From Candidatus Saccharimonadota bacterium (GTDB lineage Bacteria; Patescibacteriota; Saccharimonadia; Saccharimonadales; Saccharimonadaceae): DNA of 64,000 nucleotides. Shown piece by piece: positions 55,335-63,205 of this stretch (position 1 is the first letter of the stretch; every line of letters starts with the position of its first letter). The translations under genes and the position numbers were made by a program. The notes beneath the pieces were generated by a model that saw nothing but the letters and a program-made list of their open reading frames with translations, was not told where the DNA came from and did no database searches. The stretch lies in the NCBI GenBank assembly GCA_017432425.1, contig JAFRJE010000010.1, forward strand, positions 11,065-75,064, given 5' to 3'.

Positions 55335-55373
55335 ACAAATACTACTCTGTATGACAAAAAGGAGGGGGCTTCC

Positions 55374-56198
55374 ATGTTGGCATACTACATCTGTGTAGTT
55401 CTCACTATCATCGTTTCGATTCTTATCGCTTTAACCTTCTGGTTTCAGTGTGTGAGCAACAATCGGGATCGGAGAGACCGAAAAATCATGAGGCCTGTTC
55501 CCATGTTCGGACTCTCGACCGCCATCGCTTTCGCGACCTGGCTTCCAATGTTTCTCTCGATCCAGATTCTCCGCGCCCAGTCAATCTCCGTTTTTGGAGC
55601 AATCGGCGAAGCGCTCGTCGCTTGTCTTGCCCTTGTCGAGCTCGTTTTCGTGCTCGACTGGAACAAAAAGGCAAAGACCGAGGGTCAAGCCAAAGGAGTT
55701 TTCACTCTAGTGCTCGTCCCAATCGCCGTCTTTACCTGCGCTCTGACCACGCTTTTCTCTAAAACAGATTGGTGGTTGGTCGTATTCTTCGCTGTTCTGG
55801 CGTTTTCCTCGATTATGTTCACTTGGGCCGCGCGCTCAAAGAACCCGCTCTTCAGGAAGATTAAGAGGACGAAGAAAAAGACACGGGAACGTTTCCGCTC
55901 CTATGACGAGTACGACGAGTACGACGAGTATGACGAAGATGACGAATATGACGAAGAAGATGAAGAAGACGACGATGATGAAGAGGAGGACGACGAAGAG
56001 GAAGAAGACGAAGACGAATACGACGAATATGATGACGATGACGATAACGACGATGATGACGAACCCGAACCGAGGAGGAAAACAACCAATTCTTCTCGCC
56101 GTCGCGGTTCGACCATCGTTCCGCGGCGCATCCAACCCAACTCAAACCAGAACCGTCGCAAGAAGCGGCGCTCCAACGCGACTCGCGTTAGGAGATGA
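55374..56198 (+). CDS. Hypothetical five-TM membrane protein with polybasic / about 60-residue D-E-Y hyperacidic / polybasic tail
   Basis: Five hydrophobic helices, then KIKRTKKKTRERFRSY, then DEYDEYDEYDEDDEYDEEDEEDDDDEEEDDEEEEDEDEYDEYDDDDDNDDDDE, then an RRKKRRSNATRVRR tail. SD AAGGAGGG upstream. Confidence 0.7.
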   Translation: MLAYYICVVLTIIVSILIALTFWFQCVSNNRDRRDRKIMRPVPMFGLSTAIAFATWLPMFLSIQILRAQSISVFGAIGEALVACLALVELVFVLDWNKKAKTEGQAKGVFTLVLVPIAVFTCALTTLFSKTDWWLVVFFAVLAFSSIMFTWAARSKNPLFRKIKRTKKKTRERFRSYDEYDEYDEYDEDDEYDEEDEEDDDDEEEDDEEEEDEDEYDEYDDDDDNDDDDEPEPRRKTTNSSRRRGSTIVPRRIQPNSNQNRRKKRRSNATRVRR

Positions 56199-56216
56199 CT
56201 ATAGGAGGTGTTTTAG

Positions 56217-57872
56217 ATGCGTAAAACGCGCAAAAAGCCCGGCATCGTCCGGTTCACTAGTTTCCTGGCAATCATTTCCGTTTTCGGACTGATTGTCAGC
56301 AGCCTGGGCGTGGCAAATCCTGCCTGGCTCAGCGAAGCCCGTAACCTGATTGACCCTGTCGCTTACGCTGATGGGGTTGAACAAGCCGATCTGACCTTCG
56401 CCTGGAGCGGAAATACCCGCGAACACGCCGACCTCAGCTACCGTTCGCTCATGTCGAACAAGTACTGGGACGCCGGCGAGTGGGTAATTTCCCACAACAG
56501 CTTCTACGAAACCGACGAGGCTCGCGTAGCCGCCGCTGGTTTTAGTGATGCTTTGACTTTCCCCTTTGCGAACTGGCCCGAAGATGAATGGGAAATGATG
56601 TATTTCGACCCCGACCTCCTGAAACAGGAAGTCTGGGAAGAACTGAAAACCAACCCGATTTACCTCTACGCTTTTATCAGCTATCTCCGCGACTGCGAAA
56701 CCAGAAGCGGCGGTACTCTGGGCGACTGGAACTCGGATTGGATGGACCATTACATCGAAACGTCCGACTACTATTGTTCTTTGGCGAACCCGAACAGTCC
56801 GAACTATAATCCCAACGCCGATCTGAAAGGCTGGGACTATTGGACTTGGCAGTCCCAGACGAACATGTATGAAGCCGTCGCGACCGACGAATACAAGGAA
56901 ATCGCTATTCTAGCGATGTCTCTGTTTGACCGGTTCGTGTTTATCGGCTTCTATGACAACGTCAACGCTTACGAATCGTGGGCGCTGAGCGATACCCAGT
57001 CAACCGACTACCGGACGGCGATTAAAATGGATTACCATATTACCCGCCCGGCGATTGTCTTCGGCTATGAACGTAAGGATAGCTTCGGTGCGCGCTTTTT
57101 CGGCGGACAGGGAACTTATGATTGTTTGTTAGGGCTTGACCGCCATGACAAACGTCCCGAGCGACCTGGCGAACCCGAACAGCCGCCTGCCCCGACCGCA
57201 ACTCCCTACATTCCTCCGATTTCCCAGCCGACTCCGACTCCGGAAATGCCGACTGTCCCGCCGATTGAGACGGTTCCGCCGACGAAACCGCCGAAGCCGA
57301 CCCCGACCCCGACTGCGACTCCTGTCCCGACTGCGACCCCGCAGCCTACGACAACTCCGCAACCTACGACAACGCCGCGACCGACGAATACACCTAAGCC
57401 GACTCCGACGGCAAAACCGACGCCTACACCGACAGCGAAGCCGACCCCGACCCCAACGGTCAAGCCGACTCCGACTCCGACAACTAGGCCGACTCCGACT
57501 CCGACGCCTGCCCCGACCGCAACTCCCCATCCGACCAAGGATCCGGGCGAACGGCCCCAGGCTACAGATGCGCCGATTGGCGGTGGTCCGGTTAATCCGG
57601 AGAATTCGGAAGATCCCTATCAGCCGACTCCGCCTCCGCGTTCAACGCCGAGGCCGGCAGACCCGACTCCGAAGCCAGCTGACCCGACGCCGAAACCGAC
57701 CGAAAAGCCGGCAGACCCGACGCCGAAGCCAGCCGATCCGACGAAGAAACCGGAAGTAACCGTGGCTCCGCCCGCTCCGGTTGAACCGGAAAAACCGGCG
57801 GCAACCAAAAAGCCGGAGATTCATGACGATCCTCCCCAGGAGGAACACATCGACTTCTCCGACGACGACTAG
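56217..57872 (+). CDS. Hypothetical secreted/anchored protein: signal anchor, Trp/Tyr/Asp-rich domain, about 200-aa Pro-Thr-rich linker, C-terminal HIDFSDDD
   Basis: TAGGAGG SD; the ATG lies 18 nt after the upstream stop. FTSFLAIISVFGLIVSSLGVA signal, PTATPVPTATP and TPPPRS modules, PADPTPK repeats. Confidence 0.75.
   Translation: MRKTRKKPGIVRFTSFLAIISVFGLIVSSLGVANPAWLSEARNLIDPVAYADGVEQADLTFAWSGNTREHADLSYRSLMSNKYWDAGEWVISHNSFYETDEARVAAAGFSDALTFPFANWPEDEWEMMYFDPDLLKQEVWEELKTNPIYLYAFISYLRDCETRSGGTLGDWNSDWMDHYIETSDYYCSLANPNSPNYNPNADLKGWDYWTWQSQTNMYEAVATDEYKEIAILAMSLFDRFVFIGFYDNVNAYESWALSDTQSTDYRTAIKMDYHITRPAIVFGYERKDSFGARFFGGQGTYDCLLGLDRHDKRPERPGEPEQPPAPTATPYIPPISQPTPTPEMPTVPPIETVPPTKPPKPTPTPTATPVPTATPQPTTTPQPTTTPRPTNTPKPTPTAKPTPTPTAKPTPTPTVKPTPTPTTRPTPTPTPAPTATPHPTKDPGERPQATDAPIGGGPVNPENSEDPYQPTPPPRSTPRPADPTPKPADPTPKPTEKPADPTPKPADPTKKPEVTVAPPAPVEPEKPAATKKPEIHDDPPQEEHIDFSDDD
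57654..57761 (+). repeat. Tandem 54-nt coding duplication (PADPTPKPADPT(P/K)KP units)
   Basis: CCGGCAGACCCGAC...CCGAAGCCAGC recurs at 57654 and 57708. Confidence 0.7.
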
Positions 57873-58045
57873 TTCATACAGCGAACCTTATTTGCTTCGG
57901 CGGATTTCATATCCGCCGGGGCTTCCCCTTAAAAGATCTATTTTGTTTCTGAGACGATTCGGCTTTTTTGGCAGCATTAACAATCCGGCTAGAAAAAGTT
58001 CTCTAAAAGTGTTAATCTAAAGTTAATCTATAATAAGGAGTTATT

Positions 58046-59299
58046 ATGAAAAAAGGATTAAAAATCGCTCTCGGCGCGACGGCTGCTGTCGCTCTCGCTG
58101 GAGTTAACTATGCTCCGAGCCTTGTTTCTGCTTGGGGCGACAATGGTGGCGGTCGAACCACTTACACAATCGACCAAATCAATAAAGGGGCTATCGACGA
58201 CAAAATCGTCTTTAACTCTATCTCCGACAACCCGGACGGTAACGAGCTTTACTTCGTTTCTGCCCGTGCTGACGGCTCTGCTAACATTTGGAATACTAAC
58301 GACATTACCGTCGAAGACGGCAAAACTTACATCGTTCGTATGTATGTCCACAACAACAACCCTCGTGGAACGGAAATGATCGCTAAAAATGTTACGGCGA
58401 ACTTTTACGTCCCGACTGAATCCGGAACGGAACTTTCTGTCAACGGTTTTATCGACTCAACTAACGCGACCCCGTCTAGCTACTGGGACAGCGTTGTCTT
58501 TAAATCCTCCCAGAACTTCCACCTCGAATACATTTCCGGTTCTGCCTTGATTGAGAACAAAGGCAAACTTAACGGAACTAAACTTTCCGACAACATCGTT
58601 ACCGGCGGTACTCTTCTCGGCTATGATTCGCTTAATGGCGAAATCCCTGGCTGTTTCGGTTACTCTGCTTTCGTAACGATTAAAGTTAAAGCGACCTACG
58701 ATTATAACTTCTCGATTAAGAAGCAAGTTAAAATCAGCGGTACTAAAGGTTGGAAAGAATCCGTTGACGCTAAAGTTGGCGACAAAGTTGATTATCGTAT
58801 CATCTTTGAAAACCTTAGCGACCAAACCGCAACTGACGTTGTCTTAAAAGACATTCTTCCTGGAAACCTTAAATTCGTTGATGATTCAATGAAACTCACT
58901 AACGGTTCCCACCCTGATGGAATTGCTCTTTCTGGCAACGACATCGTTGCTGGCGGCTTAAACATCGGTAGCTATAAGAAGAACGCAAACGCGGCTCTTA
59001 TCTTTACCGCTGAAGTCGTTGACGAAGATTTAGGTTGTGGTAACAACACTTTAAGGAACTGGGCGCAAGCCTATGTTGGCAACGGTTCTAACCCGACTGG
59101 TGTAAAACAAGATGACGCTGACGTTGTCGTCGCGAAAACTTGTAGCGAACCCGTTGAGCCTGTTGAACCTGTCGAACCGACTACCCCGGAAAAACTTCCG
59201 GAAACTGGTGCTGGCTCGATTGTTGCTTCCGCTCTTGGCTTAGGTTCAATCGTAGCCTCTGCTGGCTACTACATCTCTAGCCGTAAAAAATTAGCTTAA
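58046..59299 (+). CDS. LPXTG-anchored cell-surface protein (sortase substrate) with DUF11-like repeat domain
   Basis: Signal peptide MKKGLKIALGATAAVALAG. C-terminal LPETG, hydrophobic stretch and RKK. The VGDKVDYRIIFENLSDQTATDVVLKDILP segment resembles the conserved-repeat/DUF11 fold. Confidence 0.85.
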   Translation: MKKGLKIALGATAAVALAGVNYAPSLVSAWGDNGGGRTTYTIDQINKGAIDDKIVFNSISDNPDGNELYFVSARADGSANIWNTNDITVEDGKTYIVRMYVHNNNPRGTEMIAKNVTANFYVPTESGTELSVNGFIDSTNATPSSYWDSVVFKSSQNFHLEYISGSALIENKGKLNGTKLSDNIVTGGTLLGYDSLNGEIPGCFGYSAFVTIKVKATYDYNFSIKKQVKISGTKGWKESVDAKVGDKVDYRIIFENLSDQTATDVVLKDILPGNLKFVDDSMKLTNGSHPDGIALSGNDIVAGGLNIGSYKKNANAALIFTAEVVDEDLGCGNNTLRNWAQAYVGNGSNPTGVKQDDADVVVAKTCSEPVEPVEPVEPTTPEKLPETGAGSIVASALGLGSIVASAGYYISSRKKLA

Positions 59300-59317
59300 A
59301 TCTTGGTCGCTCAACAG

Positions 59318-59347
59318 AAAATCTCCCCGTAAAAAGGGAGATTTTTT
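59318..59347. terminator. Bidirectional intrinsic terminator
   Basis: AAATCTCCC-loop-GGGAGATTT with flanking A and T runs, between convergent genes. Confidence 0.8.
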
Positions 59348-59357
59348 GGTTGAAAAA

Positions 59358-60155
59358 TTATTTTCCCGCCGCCGTAATTACGTTATCAAACAAAACCGCA
59401 ACCGTCATCGGCCCAACCCCGCCGATCTTCGGCGTAATCGCGACCAAATCTTCTCGCTCGCGAATTTCCTCCTCAATATCCCCGACCAAAATCCCTCCCT
59501 CGCTCGCCGTCCCCGCGTCAACCACTACTGCCCCGCTCTTAACCATTTCTCTCTTGATTAAACGCGGAACCCCCGTCGCAGAAATAACAACATCAAAACT
59601 CGAAAGGGAATTAAGCGAATCCCCCTCCTCAAAAACTCGAACCTCTAACCCTGAATCTTTAAACATCTTATAAAGCGGCGCCCCGACCAGCCTTCCCCGC
59701 CCAACCAGCGCGATTTTCTTTCCCGAAAGCTCAATATTATACCCCGCGAGCAACCAATTTATTGCCGTCGCCGTCGCCGAATCGAACTCCCCCGCCCCGC
59801 TTAGTCCGTCAACGTCTTTTTCCGGCGCAATCAAACTAACAACCGCGTCCGTCTCCTCTTTTTTCTTCAGCGGCAACTGGACAATCATTCCCGAAACTTC
59901 CGGATTAAGATTTTGTTTTTTAATCTCACGTTTTAAAATCTCAATATCATGATTAAAAAAATCAACAACTCTAACTCCAATGTCGTCGCCATATTTCTTT
60001 TTTAGCTGAACATATTTTTCAATTACCGGACTATCATTATCGCGAATAATCAAAAGCTGCGGAACTTTTTTCTCCCCGCTCATCGCCCGTACTAAATTCG
60101 CTTGTCGTTCCTTAATAAACCCCGCGAGTTCTTGCCCGTCTAAAATTTTCGTCAT
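59358..60155 (-). CDS. folD: Bifunctional methylenetetrahydrofolate dehydrogenase/cyclohydrolase
   Basis: ILDGQELA N-terminus, VQLPLP-like motif (IVQLPL), GRGRLVGAP, PGGVGPMT-like motif (IGGVGPMTVA). Confidence 0.92.
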   Translation of the reverse strand: MTKILDGQELAGFIKERQANLVRAMSGEKKVPQLLIIRDNDSPVIEKYVQLKKKYGDDIGVRVVDFFNHDIEILKREIKKQNLNPEVSGMIVQLPLKKKEETDAVVSLIAPEKDVDGLSGAGEFDSATATAINWLLAGYNIELSGKKIALVGRGRLVGAPLYKMFKDSGLEVRVFEEGDSLNSLSSFDVVISATGVPRLIKREMVKSGAVVVDAGTASEGGILVGDIEEEIREREDLVAITPKIGGVGPMTVAVLFDNVITAAGK

Positions 60156-60158
60156 TTT

Positions 60159-61196
60159 CTAATTCTCCTTAATCTCGACCGGTTCTTTTTCGAGCGAAAC
60201 TCCAAATTTTTCTTTAACAACCCGCGCAATTTCCGCGACCGCCTTTTCTAAATCCGAAAAACTTTTTCCGCTTTCGTTAATTAAAACAAGACTTGCTTTT
60301 TCGTTAACTTTAAATCCAAAAAAACTTTTCCCAACCAGCCCCGCCGCTTCGATTAAATATCCCGTATTAACTTTATTTCTCCCCGCCTCTCCGCGTCGAA
60401 TCGGAACGCCTAATTTTTCAAGCCTTTCCGCTTCCGCGTCGTCGACATAAATATTTTTAAAGAAACTTCCCGCGCTCGCAATTTCTTTCGGGTCGGGTAA
60501 TTTTTCCGCCCGAATCGCGGCGACTGCTTGATAAATCGACTTTGGCGAATAATCAGAAATTCCGTTTTCGTCTAAATATTTCTGGAGCGAATTATAAAAC
60601 GGCTGACGGATTTCCCCGCGTTTTAATTTTAATGTAATCGAAATAATAAAATATCTTCCCCTCGTTTCGCCAGAATTAAAAATCGACTTTCGATAACCGA
60701 AATTCATTTTTTCTTTCGGAATCTCAACAATCTCGTCAATTAACGTATCGTATGCCTCGACCGTTTCGAGCGTCTGGGCAATTTCTTGTCCGTATGCCCC
60801 GATATTCTGAACCGGCGCCGCTCCCGCCGTCCCCGGAATTTTTGCCATCGCTTCGATTCCAGTTAGTCCCCGCCCGGTCGTAAACTTAACAACGTCGTCC
60901 CAAATTTCTCCGCCCGCCACCTCGATTTTCATATATTTTTCTCCCCCCTCCTCGCTTTCTTCTAAAATCCGAATCCCTTTAATTTTGTTCATTAAAATCG
61001 CGCCCGAAAATCCCTCGTCGCGCCCCAAACTATTCGCCCCTTCGCCGAGAAAATAAACCGCGAGATTTTTATCTCGTATAAACTCAAACGCCTCCGCTAG
61101 CTCTTCCTTTTTCTCAACTTCAATTACATATTCCGCTGCTCCGCCAAGTCGCATCGTCGTCAATTCTTTTAATAAAACATTTTCTAAAATCTTCAT
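60159..61196 (-). CDS. murB: UDP-N-acetylenolpyruvoylglucosamine reductase
   Basis: TTMRLGGAA, FLGEGANSL, IPGTAGAAPVQNIGAYGQE, SGSFFKN-like (AGSFFKN). Confidence 0.9.
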   Translation of the reverse strand: MKILENVLLKELTTMRLGGAAEYVIEVEKKEELAEAFEFIRDKNLAVYFLGEGANSLGRDEGFSGAILMNKIKGIRILEESEEGGEKYMKIEVAGGEIWDDVVKFTTGRGLTGIEAMAKIPGTAGAAPVQNIGAYGQEIAQTLETVEAYDTLIDEIVEIPKEKMNFGYRKSIFNSGETRGRYFIISITLKLKRGEIRQPFYNSLQKYLDENGISDYSPKSIYQAVAAIRAEKLPDPKEIASAGSFFKNIYVDDAEAERLEKLGVPIRRGEAGRNKVNTGYLIEAAGLVGKSFFGFKVNEKASLVLINESGKSFSDLEKAVAEIARVVKEKFGVSLEKEPVEIKEN

Positions 61197-63127
61197 TCTC
61201 GCGTTCTCCTTTTCCTAGTATAATATATACTAATCGCTAGAAAAATCAACCCGACCCCCGCGCCGAGCGTCCTCCCGCGCGTCGTATATTTTAACTTAAC
61301 TGTATGCTCTCCGGGTTTAATATTAAGTTTTAAAAACTTAACCTCGTTTTCTTGAATCATGACTTTTTCGCCGTCAACTTCCGCGCTCCAACCCTCATTA
61401 AACGGAATCGAAAAAACTAGAGCTTCTCCCTCCTCCGCTTCAACTTTCGCAAAAATCTCGCTGCTACTTTTTCGCTCGACCTCGACTCGCTCGCTCGTCC
61501 GTTCTTCTCCTTTTTCTAAAAATCCGATTTTAAGCGCGTCCTCTTTTTTCTCGACCGTCCCGTCTTTTAAAATTCTATATTTAACGCCGACTAACTTTTC
61601 TGCTTCCGCGTTTCCTGGGTTATATTCGACCGTAAAATTATTTATTTTCTTCGCAATTTTCAAATCTTCCGTCAACATCTCTCGCGTCTTCGGCTCCAGG
61701 GTCGAAGAAAATCCAGAAATCCCGTTATAATTCATTCCCAGCCCGTCGTTCCAACTCCCTCTCTCGCTCGCAATTCGATAAAACTCGTCGTCTTCGTCCT
61801 TAATCCGCGTAACGATTTCTAAGTTTTCCCGAAATTCTTCCGTTAGCTCAGCAATTTCTCTCCCGTTTTCTTCTTCGTTCGCCGCCCTAACGAGCGCGAG
61901 TCCGCTCCCGCCTAAATCGACTACCTGTAACAAAACTACTCCCGCGAGAACTGCCCCGACCCTCCTCTTTCCTATCCTGCTTTCCTTTCTATCTTTAAGC
62001 ATTAAAACTAAACTTTCCGCCGCGATAAAAACTAGAACGAACGCAAATATATAACTATACCGAAACCTAAACCAGGCCTCAATCGTCCCCGCGTGCCAAA
62101 TCGAATTAAACGTCCGAATAAAAAACGACAGAACAAAAGTGAGAACTAGCCCGCCCGCCGCCAACTTCTCCCTTCTCTCAACTTTCTTGTTTAAAAAATA
62201 TGCGCCAACCAAAACTAAAATAATCAGCCCAACATAAAAATTCGGAACTCCGCTTTCGAGATTTTTTTCCGGCAACGTCCCGCCAACTAGCGCGACCAAA
62301 AACTCAACCAAACTCAAATTCGCCGCCGGTTTAAACGCCGACAACGCAATCCTCTGCGTTCCGCTTCCCGAAAGTAGCGTCGGAATTATAACCGCCATTC
62401 CAATCCCGCCCGCGAGAATTGACGCGCCAAAAAATTTCTTCGCAATTTCTAAAACTTCCGCTTTTTCGCGTTTCTTTCTGAGTGTTAAAAACGCTACGAA
62501 CAAAACCGAAAAAATCGCCAACATAAACCCAACGTAAAAATTCGCGAGAATCGTCGTCGCCAAACTAACTAAGTATAGCTTCGTTTGTTTTTCTTCAACT
62601 AATTTTCTAAGTCCCAGCGCAACTAGCGGCAACATAATTACGCCGTCGAGCCACATAATATGGAAAAAGAAAATAAACGTAAAACTCGAAAGCACAAAAC
62701 TTGTTCCAAGAAAAATCGCGTAAAAATCTCGTCTTTGTTTTATTTTTTCTAAAACTTTTCGGAAAAAGATAAACGACGTAATTCCCGCCGCTCCGAGTTT
62801 TAACGCGAGAATAATATTAAACCCAAGAATAATTTTTTCCGCCGGAAACAAAACAACGAGTAAATTAAACGGCGAAAATAAATAATACGCCGCTAAACTA
62901 AAAAATCCGCCTCCGACCGAAAACGAAAACGCGTAGTCTAAATTATTTTGACCAAGCAAAATCGTTCGATAGTAGGCTAAGAAATTTATATATTGTTCTT
63001 CCGCGTCCGAAAAAACCGTCGTCGGCTTCGCGCCGACTAAATTCAAAATTAAAACTACGCCAAAAAACCCAACTACCGGAACTAAAAATGCAACAACAAA
63101 CGGAATTATTCTCTTCAGTTTAATCAT
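61193..63127 (-). CDS. YfhO-family membrane protein (putative glycosyl transferase/lipid-linked glycan handling)
   Basis: 644 aa, multi-pass. AAYYLFSPFNLLVVLFP matches the YfhO signature region. Extracytoplasmic C-domain plus a terminal TM helix. Confidence 0.6.
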   Translation of the reverse strand: MIKLKRIIPFVVAFLVPVVGFFGVVLILNLVGAKPTTVFSDAEEQYINFLAYYRTILLGQNNLDYAFSFSVGGGFFSLAAYYLFSPFNLLVVLFPAEKIILGFNIILALKLGAAGITSFIFFRKVLEKIKQRRDFYAIFLGTSFVLSSFTFIFFFHIMWLDGVIMLPLVALGLRKLVEEKQTKLYLVSLATTILANFYVGFMLAIFSVLFVAFLTLRKKREKAEVLEIAKKFFGASILAGGIGMAVIIPTLLSGSGTQRIALSAFKPAANLSLVEFLVALVGGTLPEKNLESGVPNFYVGLIILVLVGAYFLNKKVERREKLAAGGLVLTFVLSFFIRTFNSIWHAGTIEAWFRFRYSYIFAFVLVFIAAESLVLMLKDRKESRIGKRRVGAVLAGVVLLQVVDLGGSGLALVRAANEEENGREIAELTEEFRENLEIVTRIKDEDDEFYRIASERGSWNDGLGMNYNGISGFSSTLEPKTREMLTEDLKIAKKINNFTVEYNPGNAEAEKLVGVKYRILKDGTVEKKEDALKIGFLEKGEERTSERVEVERKSSSEIFAKVEAEEGEALVFSIPFNEGWSAEVDGEKVMIQENEVKFLKLNIKPGEHTVKLKYTTRGRTLGAGVGLIFLAISIYYTRKRRTRE

Positions 63128-63205
63128 AAATATATTCCAATTATACCATATAATATATGTCGATTTTTTCAGTTTTCTTTAAGCAAACCGCCATACAATT
63201 CAATC

